From the NCBI GenBank assembly GCA_945872435.1, contig CAMBYP010000003.1:1-54108 (forward strand): DNA of 54,108 nt, written 5' to 3'. This document shows, piece by piece, positions 10,401 to 18,631 of this stretch. Position numbers and translations under genes: made by a program. How positions within the stretch are numbered: the stretch's first letter is position 1; each line of letters begins with the position of its first letter. Below the pieces are notes generated by a model. It saw only the letters and a list, made by a program, of their open reading frames with translations. It had not been told where the DNA came from and did not search any database. Source of the stretch: an uncultured Mycoplasmatota bacterium. Its GTDB lineage: Bacteria; Bacillota_I; Bacilli_A; RF39; UBA660.

Positions 10401-10803
10401 AAAAATTGAAATTCATAAATTAATTAATACGATTGATTCTTATGATAAATTGAAGGAAGTTAAAAACTATTTAGAAGATCGTTTTGGGCATATTACTGAT
10501 GAAATGTTAATTTACATGTATGAAGAATGGTTTGAAAAAATTGCTGTGGAAATTGGTATTAAGTATGTAAAACAAACAAAAAACTTTATTGAAGTTATGA
10601 TTCCAAGTTCTATATTAAAAGAATTAAAAGGAGATCAGTTATTTTATGAAGTTACAAAATTATCTAAAATGTTTCGTTTTCAAATGAGAGGAAAAAATTT
10701 AATGATTATTTTAGATACTGTTAAATTAGAAAAACATTTTATATTTTATTTAATTGAGTTATTATTAATAATTAAAAAGCAATTAGAACAAAAAGAAGGA
10801 TAA
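7483..10803 (+). CDS. mfd: transcription-repair coupling factor
   Basis: CarD-like RID (VHNIHGIGKY), GDVGFGKTEVA, DEEQRFG, QIRGRVGR, TRCF C-terminus; ATG after AGGAGG. Confidence 0.97.
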   Translation: MNYLKKYIKLDENVNGVTGLTDELFSYYLYCMLKEKQRNILLVTNSLFEAHKFYKMISDYTSQVFLFPMDEFLTSEAIAISPEFKVTRLETMKSALLSQPKIVVTNLMGYLRYLPSPKIFQNHFLPIKMNHDYQMNDLLISLHKMGYQRETIVNKTGEIAVRGFVIDIFPMGMSNPIRIEFWGDTVDSIKTFEVDNQRTIQSLNDVLIPPYTEFLTDGSMNLEEDFPHHRLLAKYTKVESIQDYLSNCMIVYSDYNQIKASYEKLNDDIFHYNLSMKLPNDTNYMHNFYDLDSKSSNHFYYLGIENVMNHIKLQHFDSLDVVGFPKGIENIKKYLKEQQKQGKTIIIALKDRYQVNRLLEELDDQQIIFVDENHIQMNKINMIVYSLTKGFQINDLLVLTEVELFDQKLEKMKYKTNFKFGTKIRDINKLNVGDYIVHNIHGIGKYIGIKTLLKNNLQKDYLVVEYKDQDKLYIPVEKIDSISKYSSNEGIIPKINKLGGSDWSKTKLRVRKKIENIAHELLELYALREAKEGFAFDKDDENQVNFEKEFPYEETSDQIKVSEEIKKDMESPHPMDRLLCGDVGFGKTEVAFRAMFKAVLSGKQVAFLCPTTILSNQHFRNAQNRFINFPVKIAMLNRFVSPKETKQILEELKLGKIDILIGTHRILSDDVQFKDLGLLVIDEEQRFGVKHKEKIKEFRNTIDVLTLSATPIPRTLQLSMSGIRSLSLIETPPVNRYPVQTYVVGYNKPLLKDAIYKELSRNGQVFILYNHIDDMTSKLSEIERLVPDARVISAHGRMDKNELEDVMQSFINHEYDILICTTIIETGIDIPNVNTLIIMDADRFGLSQLYQIRGRVGRSDKIAYCYLMYNTSKVLSETAKKRLNVIKEFTELGSGFSIAMRDLSIRGAGDILGSEQAGFIDTIGIELFLKMLHEEVSKLQGKDIAKEEENANSMPLLDVSTTISNNYVEEEELKIEIHKLINTIDSYDKLKEVKNYLEDRFGHITDEMLIYMYEEWFEKIAVEIGIKYVKQTKNFIEVMIPSSILKELKGDQLFYEVTKLSKMFRFQMRGKNLMIILDTVKLEKHFIFYLIELLLIIKKQLEQKEG

Positions 10804-10871
10804 TTGAAGTGAACCCTTAATTAGACACTTTATTAAAAAGAAGAATTAATATAGAATAACATCTCAAGAAA

Positions 10872-11162
10872 GTGAGGTGTTATTTTTGTGGGAAAACTTA
10901 TACTACTGAATTCAAACAAAAAATTATAGACGAATATAAATCAGGTAAATCAGGAGTTTATCAAAGAGTTGCTAAAAAATATGGTTTAAGTGATGATACT
11001 GTCTATCATTGGGTAGTAAAAGATAGAAAGCAAGGTAATCAAGAAAATTTACCATATAAAAGAGTTGGAAGAACTAAAGAAGAAAATATTGATTATAAAG
11101 AAAGATATGAAATATTAAAAAAATACCAAGCCTTCCTAAAGGCACAACGAGAGAGAAAGTAA
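10872..11162 (+). CDS. IS3-family transposase OrfA (HTH)
   Basis: YTTEFKQKII...VAKKYGLSDDTVYHWV helix-turn-helix; start codon uncertain. Confidence 0.8.
   Translation: MRCYFCGKTYTTEFKQKIIDEYKSGKSGVYQRVAKKYGLSDDTVYHWVVKDRKQGNQENLPYKRVGRTKEENIDYKERYEILKKYQAFLKAQRERK
11117..11143 (+). promoter_or_regulatory. programmed -1 ribosomal frameshift signal (OrfAB fusion)
   Basis: Slippery A AAA AAA (11117-11123) in the orfA frame, 6-nt spacer, hairpin GCCTT-CCTA-AAGGC; the -1 frame is open into orfB. Confidence 0.8.
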
Positions 11163-11203
11163 CATTTATTAATTTATATATAAACACTTATAAACTTTCA
11201 AAC

Positions 11204-11959
11204 ATGTGTGCTGTTTTAGAAATAAGTAAAAGAACTTATTATAAATATAGGAATACAGAAGATAAAGATTATTATGATTATTTAATAATTAAAGAAATAT
11301 TTGATGATTCAAAAGGTACATATGGATATCGTAGGATAACTGAAGGCTTAAAGATTAAGTATGGTGTAATATTTAATCATAAGAAAGTTCAAAGAATAAT
11401 GAATAAATATAATTTAATGCCAAAATATCATAAAAAATTAAACAAAACAAAATATATAAGAATTGAATCTAATGTTATGCCGAACTTATTAAAAAGAAAT
11501 TTTAAAGCAACAAAACCAAATCAAAAATGGACTACAGATATAACATATTTAATATATAAAGATAAACGTTTATATTTATCAACTATATTAGATTTATATG
11601 ATAGAAAAGTTGTGGCATATCAAATATCAAAATTTAACGATTTAAATATCGTATTAAACACTTTAAATGAGGCAATAGCCAAAAGAAAAGATGTATCTGG
11701 TTTAATCCTACATTCTGATCAGGGATACCAGTATACATCTTATGAATACAAAGCTGTTTGTAGTTCAAATAATATTCAAATTTCAATGTCTAGAAAAGGG
11801 ACTCCTATTGATGATTCACCAATGGAATCTTTTCATGGAATATTAAAGAAAGAAACTTTGTATAATAATGAAATATCTTCAATACAAGAATATCAAGCAC
11901 TTGTTGAAGATTGGATTATATTTTACAATACTTCTAGAATAAAATCAAAAAAGATTTAG
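11204..11959 (+). CDS. IS3-family transposase OrfB (DDE integrase core)
   Basis: YGYRRI, WTTDITY, LHSDQGYQY, MESFHG: DDE triad intact. Confidence 0.93.
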   Translation: MCAVLEISKRTYYKYRNTEDKDYYDYLIIKEIFDDSKGTYGYRRITEGLKIKYGVIFNHKKVQRIMNKYNLMPKYHKKLNKTKYIRIESNVMPNLLKRNFKATKPNQKWTTDITYLIYKDKRLYLSTILDLYDRKVVAYQISKFNDLNIVLNTLNEAIAKRKDVSGLILHSDQGYQYTSYEYKAVCSSNNIQISMSRKGTPIDDSPMESFHGILKKETLYNNEISSIQEYQALVEDWIIFYNTSRIKSKKI

Positions 11960-12029
11960 GAAAACACTAAATCTTCTTTTTATTATTGTGAACTATTTGG
12001 GGTTCACTTCAAATATAACTTCTTTTTTT

Positions 12030-12043
12030 ATTTCCTGGGAAAT
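12030..12043. promoter_or_regulatory. NBS-like palindrome (may double as terminator)
   Basis: ATTTCCTGGGAAAT, 13/14 match to NBS, inside TTTTTTATTTCC-TG-GGAAATAAAAAA between convergent genes. Confidence 0.55.
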
Positions 12044-12058
12044 AAAAAAGAGTAATGA

Positions 12059-13675
12059 TTAATCCATTACTCTCATAACATTTGGTATAATTTGTTTTTT
12101 CCTTGAAATAATATTGTCTAAATATTGTCCTTGTTCTATTTTATCTAAATAAAATGCATCTTTAAATATTTCTTCAGCTTTAGAATTGTAGTAAATGTAA
12201 GAACCGTTTTTCATAATATCGGTTACAAATAATCCAACTACTGAATAATCATTATGTTGTGATACTCTTTCAATTAAATCTATAAATTTTTGTTCGTTTT
12301 TCTTAATTTCATCTATATTTAATGTGAATATTTGTCCAATTCCAATTTTAGAATTATCAATTTTGAAATTTTTGAAATCATTATATAATATTTCTTCTTC
12401 TGTCATTCCTTTAATTGATGATCCTGCTTTGAACATTTCATATGCATATTCTGAAGGATTTACTTGTGCGATGGTTGCTAATTCTTCAATTGCTTTTTTA
12501 TCTAATTCTGTTGTAGTAGGAGATTTCATTAATAAAGTATCAGATATTATTCCTGAAATCATTAATCCTGCCATATTTTGTGGGATTTCTATATGATTTT
12601 CTTTGTACATTAAGTAAATTATAGTATTTGAGCTACCCACTGGCATATTTCTGAAATTAATAGGTAATGAAGTACCAATTGTACCTATTTTATGATGATC
12701 AACTATTTCTAAAATTTCAGCTTCTTCTAATCCATCAACCGATTGCTCTGCTTCATTATGATCAACCAAAATAACTTGTTTTGTATTCTTATCGTTGATA
12801 TCTGCTAAACGAAATAAACCTAAACATTTTCCTGTATTATCAACTACAGGGTAATTGCTATAACGATGTTTCTTTGCTAATTCTGTAATATCATTCATAT
12901 AATCATTTTCATTAATTGCAATAACGCTATCAGAATGTACAATGGTAGAAACGTAATTACTTAATCCTATTACTTTAGCAACACTAAAGGTATCCATACT
13001 AGTTCTGATAATGTTTACTTTATTTTCTTTAGCAATATTAAGATGTTCTTCTTTTAATAACCCATTACCTGTTATGATAACAAGCTTTGCTTTATTTGTT
13101 ACAGCGTGTTCGATAATACTATGTCTATCACCAACGATTAAAATAGTATTTTCATCAATATTAATATTTTCTAAAAATGTAGTACTTCTATATGATGCGA
13201 TTAATGTATTGCCAATAATCTCATCATCAAATTTCAAAATTTCTTCACCATTTAATATAGAATGAATATTTTGATATGATGTTTTTACATGTGCTAAATC
13301 ACCAACGATTTGTTCTGCGGCAATACTTTTCATTGATACAATACCCAATAATTTTTTATTTTCATCAACGATAGGTAAAGTTGTTGCCTTATTTTTTAAC
13401 ATATGAAAAAATGAAGCGTATATTGATTCTTTTTCAAATATGAAGTTTCCTTTTTGATAATTAAAATCTTTTACTTGTAACTTTACGTCATTTAAATATT
13501 TTGGTTGTGTAACTTTAAAATATTTTAATACAAATTTTGATTCATTATTAATATCACCTAATACACGAGGCTCTGTATGATATCCTAATTTGTTTTTAAG
13601 ATATGATAATGTAATTGAAGCGGTCACACTATCAGTATCAGGTTTTTTATGACCGAAAATAAATGTTTGATTCAT
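12059..13675 (-). CDS. ppaC: Mn-dependent family II inorganic pyrophosphatase with CBS/DRTGG insert
   Basis: FGHKKPDTDS, LVDHNE, VDHH, DHHA2 C-terminus, CBS and DRTGG (IVGDR) region; ATG after AAAGGAGGA. Confidence 0.92.
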   Translation of the reverse strand: MNQTFIFGHKKPDTDSVTASITLSYLKNKLGYHTEPRVLGDINNESKFVLKYFKVTQPKYLNDVKLQVKDFNYQKGNFIFEKESIYASFFHMLKNKATTLPIVDENKKLLGIVSMKSIAAEQIVGDLAHVKTSYQNIHSILNGEEILKFDDEIIGNTLIASYRSTTFLENINIDENTILIVGDRHSIIEHAVTNKAKLVIITGNGLLKEEHLNIAKENKVNIIRTSMDTFSVAKVIGLSNYVSTIVHSDSVIAINENDYMNDITELAKKHRYSNYPVVDNTGKCLGLFRLADINDKNTKQVILVDHNEAEQSVDGLEEAEILEIVDHHKIGTIGTSLPINFRNMPVGSSNTIIYLMYKENHIEIPQNMAGLMISGIISDTLLMKSPTTTELDKKAIEELATIAQVNPSEYAYEMFKAGSSIKGMTEEEILYNDFKNFKIDNSKIGIGQIFTLNIDEIKKNEQKFIDLIERVSQHNDYSVVGLFVTDIMKNGSYIYYNSKAEEIFKDAFYLDKIEQGQYLDNIISRKKQIIPNVMRVMD

Positions 13676-13741
13676 AATATTCCTCCTTTTTATAGCCAAA
13701 AGTGGTTTCTATATTATATCACAAATATTTAATGATGATAA

Positions 13742-13770
13742 GTATAAATCAATATTTTTAACGCATTCTA
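13742..13770 (+). promoter_or_regulatory. putative sigma-G/sigma-F forespore promoter of spoVT
   Basis: GTATA-17nt-CATTCTA matches the recalled GHATA-N17/18-CATWMTA consensus, 22 nt before the ATG. Confidence 0.65.
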
Positions 13771-13792
13771 TACAATAGAAAGAGAGGAAAAA

Positions 13793-14323
13793 ATGAAAGC
13801 AACGGGAGTAATTAGAAGAATTGATGAATTAGGAAGAATTGTCATTCCAAAAGAAATTAGAAAAACACTTAGAATCAGGGAAGGCGAAAATCTAGAAATA
13901 TTTTTAGATGAAAAGGAAAATATTGTTTTAAAAAAATATTTTGCAATGAATTATTTTGAAGAAGAAGCAAAATCTTTTGCCGAGGTTATTTATCATATTA
14001 CTAGACATAGTGTAATTATTACTAATACAGATAAAATAATTGCTATGGCGGGAGTAGATAAGCAATTATTAATTGGAAAACCGATTAGTGAGCAATTAAA
14101 AAATATTATTTCGAGACGTGATAAAATGCTACAAAAAACGAAAAGAACAATTCAATTAGTTGATAACCAAGAAATGGAAGTAGCTTTTGCATATTCAACA
14201 ATGATTGCTAACGGTGATGCTTGTGGTTTAATCATAATTTACGGAACAGAAGGTATTAGTGATATAGATAATCAATTGATTGAATTAACTTCACAAGTTC
14301 TTTCCAAACAATTAGAAAATTAA
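13793..14323 (+). CDS. spoVT: stage V sporulation protein T (AbrB-like N-terminus plus GAF-like domain)
   Basis: MKATGVIRRIDELGRIVIPKEIRKTLRIREG; 176 aa with GAF-like C-terminus (IANGDACG); near mfd as in Bacillus. Confidence 0.88.
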   Translation: MKATGVIRRIDELGRIVIPKEIRKTLRIREGENLEIFLDEKENIVLKKYFAMNYFEEEAKSFAEVIYHITRHSVIITNTDKIIAMAGVDKQLLIGKPISEQLKNIISRRDKMLQKTKRTIQLVDNQEMEVAFAYSTMIANGDACGLIIIYGTEGISDIDNQLIELTSQVLSKQLEN

Positions 14324-14327
14324 ATGA

Positions 14328-14356
14328 TTGGCAAAATTAAAACTATGTGTTATAAT
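14328..14356 (+). promoter_or_regulatory. sigma-A promoter of the T-box leader
   Basis: TTGGCA-17nt-TATAAT with extended TG. Confidence 0.65.
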
Positions 14357-14364
14357 TAAAACTA

Positions 14365-14583
14365 TAAAAACGTTGAAGGAAAGAAAGGTTAAAGTATTTT
14401 TTTAAGAGAGTTCATGTTTGGTGCAAATGAATAAAAAGAAATAACTGGAAATGGTTCTGGAGTTTATGATTCGATATGTAGGATGATACGGGTGGTTCCT
14501 GTTAACAACTTTAAGATAGTTTTTACTATGAATTAAGGTGGTACCACGCATTTCACGTCCTTATACTGGACGTGATTTTTTTT
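14365..14583 (+). promoter_or_regulatory. T-box riboswitch leader, Met specifier
   Basis: AGAGAG (14405), GGTGCAA (14420), GAA-ATG specifier (14451-14453), T-box AATTAAGGTGGTACCACG (14531-14548), terminator TCACGTCC/GGACGTGA plus T8. Confidence 0.92.
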
Positions 14584-14592
14584 GGAGGTAAT

Positions 14593-15078
14593 ATGGGTAG
14601 ATATTTTGAAAAAATAAGTTATGAACAATTTAAACGAGATTTTAAAGACGATTTTGAAACTTATAAAAATTATGAATTACCAACTAGAAGTACAAAGCAT
14701 AGTGCTGGTTATGATTTTAGAGCAATATATGATTTTAAAATAGAGCCAGGGGAACAAAAAAGAATATTTACTGGTGTAAAAGTAAATATGGAAAACGATG
14801 AAGTTTTAATGTTATATGTACGTAGTAGTATGGGAATAAAGCATGGTATTCGGATGTCTAATGGTGTTGGTGTAATTGATAGTGATTTTTATAATAATCC
14901 AACAAATGAAGGCCATTTTTCATTTACACTTTATAATTCTAGTGATAAAACATATCATGTATTAAAAGGTGAAGCATTTGGACAAGGAATATTTCAAAAG
15001 TTTTTAACAGTAGATCATGAAGCTGAAATCAAACAAGAGAGAACCTATGGCTTTGGTTCGACAAATAAGGAGGAATAA
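14593..15078 (+). CDS. dut: trimeric dUTP diphosphatase
   Basis: SAGYDF, RSSMG, GVIDSDFY, GQGIF, RTYGFGST motifs. Confidence 0.9.
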   Translation: MGRYFEKISYEQFKRDFKDDFETYKNYELPTRSTKHSAGYDFRAIYDFKIEPGEQKRIFTGVKVNMENDEVLMLYVRSSMGIKHGIRMSNGVGVIDSDFYNNPTNEGHFSFTLYNSSDKTYHVLKGEAFGQGIFQKFLTVDHEAEIKQERTYGFGSTNKEE

Positions 15079-15079
15079 T

Positions 15080-16642
15080 ATGGAAAAGAAAAAATTTTAT
15101 ATATCAACAGCAATTGCATATACATCTGCAAAACCACATATAGGAAATACATATGAGATTGTATTAGCTGACGCAATTGCTAGGTTTAAAAGATTAGAGG
15201 GGTATGATGTTTATTTTCAAACAGGTACTGATGAACACGGAGAAAAGATTCAATTAAAAGCAGAAGAAATGGGAAAAGAACCTCAACAATTTGTAGATGA
15301 CATTGCTTCTGAAGTGCAAAAAATTTGGAATTGTATGAATACAAGTTATGACAAATTTGTACGAACAACCGATCCAGAACATGTAAAAAAGGTAGAAGAG
15401 ATATTTGAAAGATTATATCAACAAGGAGATATTTACAAAGGTACTTACGAAGGATTATATTGTACACCTTGTGAATCGTTTTTTACCGAGTCTCAATTAG
15501 TTGATGGAAAATGTCCTGACTGCGGTCGTGAGGTAAAAAAAGCAAGTGAAGAAGCATATTTTTTCCGTCTAGACAAATATGCAAAAAAATTAGAAGAATA
15601 TATTGAAAGTCATCCTGATTTCATTCAACCTGAATCACGTAAAAATGAAATCATGAATAATTTTATCAAACCAGGTCTACAGGATTTATGTGTATCAAGA
15701 ACTTCTTTTAATTGGGGGGTTCCAGTTTCATTTGATAAAAAGCATGTAGTATATGTTTGGATAGATGCTTTAAGTAACTATATTACTTTTTTAGGGTATG
15801 ATATTCACGGTAATCATGCTGAATCATTTAATAAATATTGGCCTGCAGATGTTCATTTAATTGGCAAAGATATTTTAAGATTTCATACAATATACTGGCC
15901 AATTATGTTAATGGCACTTGATTTACCTTTACCTAAAAAAATATTTGGTCATCCATGGATTTTATTTGGTAATGATAAAATGAGTAAATCAAAAGGAAAC
16001 ATTATGTATGCTGATGATTTAGTAAAATATTTTGGTGTAGACGCAGTTCGTTATTATTTATTACATGAAATTCCATTTTCTAGTGATGGAACAATCACAT
16101 ATGATTTATTAATTGAACGAATTAATTCTGATTTAGCAAATGTTTTAGGAAATTTAGTAAATCGTACGATTAGTATGATAAATAAATATTTTGATGGAAA
16201 ATTATCAATTCCAAATAAAAATACATCGTTGGATGAAGAATTTAAAAATACAATTATGAATACAAAAGAAGAAGTAATTAATCATATGAATGAATTAAGG
16301 GTGGCAGATGCAGTAGAAGCTATCTTTAATTTATTTAGAAGATGCAATAAATACATTGATGAAACAACACCTTGGATTCTTGCAAAAGACGAATCACAAA
16401 AAGAACGCTTAAATGATGTATTATATTATTTATTAGAAGGTATTCGTCATGGTGCTGTATTATTACAAGCATTTTTACCAGATACAGCTCAATCTATTTT
16501 TGAACAAATGAATACAAATAATATTTCTTTTGAAAGTTTAGATTCATTTGATGGTTTAGGAGATTCTATTCAAGTTGGTCTTCCACATCCTTTATTTGCT
16601 CGAATTGATAAAGAAAAGAAAATGGAAGAAATTGCTAAATAG
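15080..16642 (+). CDS. metG: methionyl-tRNA synthetase (short form, no C-terminal OB domain)
   Basis: PHIGN, GTDEHG, CxxC knuckle, YVWIDAL, KMSKS; ATG after AGGAGG. Confidence 0.96.
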   Translation: MEKKKFYISTAIAYTSAKPHIGNTYEIVLADAIARFKRLEGYDVYFQTGTDEHGEKIQLKAEEMGKEPQQFVDDIASEVQKIWNCMNTSYDKFVRTTDPEHVKKVEEIFERLYQQGDIYKGTYEGLYCTPCESFFTESQLVDGKCPDCGREVKKASEEAYFFRLDKYAKKLEEYIESHPDFIQPESRKNEIMNNFIKPGLQDLCVSRTSFNWGVPVSFDKKHVVYVWIDALSNYITFLGYDIHGNHAESFNKYWPADVHLIGKDILRFHTIYWPIMLMALDLPLPKKIFGHPWILFGNDKMSKSKGNIMYADDLVKYFGVDAVRYYLLHEIPFSSDGTITYDLLIERINSDLANVLGNLVNRTISMINKYFDGKLSIPNKNTSLDEEFKNTIMNTKEEVINHMNELRVADAVEAIFNLFRRCNKYIDETTPWILAKDESQKERLNDVLYYLLEGIRHGAVLLQAFLPDTAQSIFEQMNTNNISFESLDSFDGLGDSIQVGLPHPLFARIDKEKKMEEIAK

Positions 16643-16672
16643 ATACTGAATTTCAACAGTATCTATTTTTTT
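16637..16672 (+). terminator. intrinsic terminator after metG
   Basis: AAATAGATACTG...CAGTATCTATTTTTT. Confidence 0.75.
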
Positions 16673-16804
16673 AGTCAAAATTTGTAACAAAAGATTGTAA
16701 AATGTTGTAAATTGTATACTAAAATATGATAAAAATGTTTGAATGTTATATATTTTTCCTGTATAGTTAAAATTAGGTTGTATGAAATACAAAGGAGAGA
16801 AATC

Positions 16805-16981
16805 ATGTCAATACTAAAAAATAAGGAAATAAGAACTGTATTAATGATATTAGGTTTTCTTGGATTCTTAGTTTTAGGTAGTATGATTGTTGAGTTTAAT
16901 ATTTTAGATTTTTTGTATTTTGTTGCAATTATTATAACAATGATTCGATTTGTCTATATTAAATGTCATGATTGTGAATAG
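16805..16981 (+). CDS. small two-TM membrane protein, unknown function
   Basis: ATG after AAGGAG, upstream TTGAAT-17-TATAGT promoter, two hydrophobic segments, C-terminal CHDC. Confidence 0.65.
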   Translation: MSILKNKEIRTVLMILGFLGFLVLGSMIVEFNILDFLYFVAIIITMIRFVYIKCHDCE

Positions 16982-17031
16982 GAGTATGAAAATATATCAC
17001 TTTGTGGTATATTTTTTTTAGGAGGAATATT

Positions 17032-17802
17032 ATGATTGATACACATTGTCATTTATTGTTGGAAGAATATTCAACAGAAGAACGTTTAAATGAAGTAATT
17101 TTAAATATGAAAAATAATATTATGATTACAAGTTCAACAAATATAAAAAACATGGTAGAAACATTAAATATTGTACAAAGATATTCTCAAGTTTATGGTG
17201 TAATTGGTATTCACCCAGAAGATGTGGACGATGGAACTGAAAAAAATTTAAAAATATTAGAGAGTCATCTTCATGATCCTAAGATCGTAGGTGTTGGAGA
17301 AATTGGACTAGATTATCACTATACAAAAGAAAACCGTGTAAAACAAATTAAATTATTTAAAAAACAATTACAATTAGCAAAAAAATATCATCTTCCTTGT
17401 GTCATTCATAGTAGAGATGCTTTAGAAGATACATATAATATATTAAAAGAGGAAGCAGATGGTAGTTTTCCTATTATATTACATTGTTATGGATATTCAT
17501 TGGATATGGCTAAAAAATTTATGGAATTGGATGTTTACTTTGGAATAGGTGGAGTTGTGACTTTTAAAAATGGTAAAAAATTAGTATCTGTTGTAAAAGA
17601 AATACCATTAAATCATTTACTTTTAGAAACTGATAGTCCATATTTGTCACCAGAGCCTTATCGTGGTCAAAAAAATGAACCGTGTAATGTTATAAAAATC
17701 GCAGAAAAAATTGCAGAGATTAAAGAAATTGATGTAGAAACTGTATTAAAAACAACGACAGAAACAGCCATTCGTCAATTTGACTTGAACATTGAATTTT
17801 GA
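17032..17802 (+). CDS. tatD: TatD family nuclease
   Basis: IDTHCHL, GIHP, GEIGLDY, IHSRDA, LETDSPY. Confidence 0.94.
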   Translation: MIDTHCHLLLEEYSTEERLNEVILNMKNNIMITSSTNIKNMVETLNIVQRYSQVYGVIGIHPEDVDDGTEKNLKILESHLHDPKIVGVGEIGLDYHYTKENRVKQIKLFKKQLQLAKKYHLPCVIHSRDALEDTYNILKEEADGSFPIILHCYGYSLDMAKKFMELDVYFGIGGVVTFKNGKKLVSVVKEIPLNHLLLETDSPYLSPEPYRGQKNEPCNVIKIAEKIAEIKEIDVETVLKTTTETAIRQFDLNIEF

Positions 17803-17842
17803 TATACTTAAACTAGTCTAAAATAATCTTGAGGTGAATGTT

Positions 17843-18550
17843 ATGAACATATATTTACTGCAATTATTGGGTAAATGGATTAGTATGTTAATGATAGTTT
17901 CGTTGTCATTATTTCATAATATAGTTTTTCAAAATCATAGTGTGAGAATAGATAACCCAACAAAAAATATGAATTTGAGTGTAGAAAATCAAGTTATTTC
18001 CCATGAAACTCAAACAGTATATACAAAAAAACTTCCTAACGGAATTTCAAAAGTAGTTTCAGAAGGTCAAGATGGTTTGATTGTACCTCAAGTGAATGGA
18101 ACAACAACTGTTGTTCAAGAAATGATTCCAGAAGTGATTCAAGTTGGAACTGGAGGTAAAGCAAGCTATGTTGGAAAAATGTCAGGATATGGTCCTGATT
18201 GCCCAGGATGTAGTAAAACTGGTAATGTATCTTGTCATACTAAAAACGGTGGAAAACATAGTTTAATATACGATGGTATTTATTATCAAGATGAAGAATA
18301 CGGTAGTGTAAGAATTTTGGCTGCAGCAAAAACAGTATTTCCTTGCGGTACTATTATAGAAATCAATAATGGTATTAATCCACCATTTCTTGGAGTTGTA
18401 TTAGATAGTGGAGCTAGTATGCAAAAAGCATGGAATACGAATAGAACAGTATGGATTGATTTAGCTTATGCCACTCAAAATGATGCACGAAATACTTCAA
18501 CTCCAGGAGGTAATGGAATACAATTTAATGTAAAACGATATGGATTTTAA
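17843..18550 (+). CDS. G5/3D-domain cell-wall protein (YabE/Sps-like)
   Basis: N-terminal anchor, G5-like (EVIQVGT), 3D-like (FPCGTII, VLDSG, IDL); between tatD and rsmA like yabE. Confidence 0.7.
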   Translation: MNIYLLQLLGKWISMLMIVSLSLFHNIVFQNHSVRIDNPTKNMNLSVENQVISHETQTVYTKKLPNGISKVVSEGQDGLIVPQVNGTTTVVQEMIPEVIQVGTGGKASYVGKMSGYGPDCPGCSKTGNVSCHTKNGGKHSLIYDGIYYQDEEYGSVRILAAAKTVFPCGTIIEINNGINPPFLGVVLDSGASMQKAWNTNRTVWIDLAYATQNDARNTSTPGGNGIQFNVKRYGF

Positions 18551-18631
18551 AGAGCTTAGCTCTTTTTCTTTTTAAATTTTATTGTATCTCTAAAATAATT
18601 CAGTTATAATAAAAGGCAAAGGAGATATATT

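Larger units (their letters stand above)
10805..12011 (+). mobile_element. IS3-family (IS150-like) insertion sequence, 1207 bp
   Basis: Terminal IRs TGAAGTGAACCC (10805-10816) and GGGTTCACTTCA (12000-12011); TG...CA ends; 3-bp TSD AAT (10802-10804, 12012-12014); orfA plus orfB. Confidence 0.93.
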
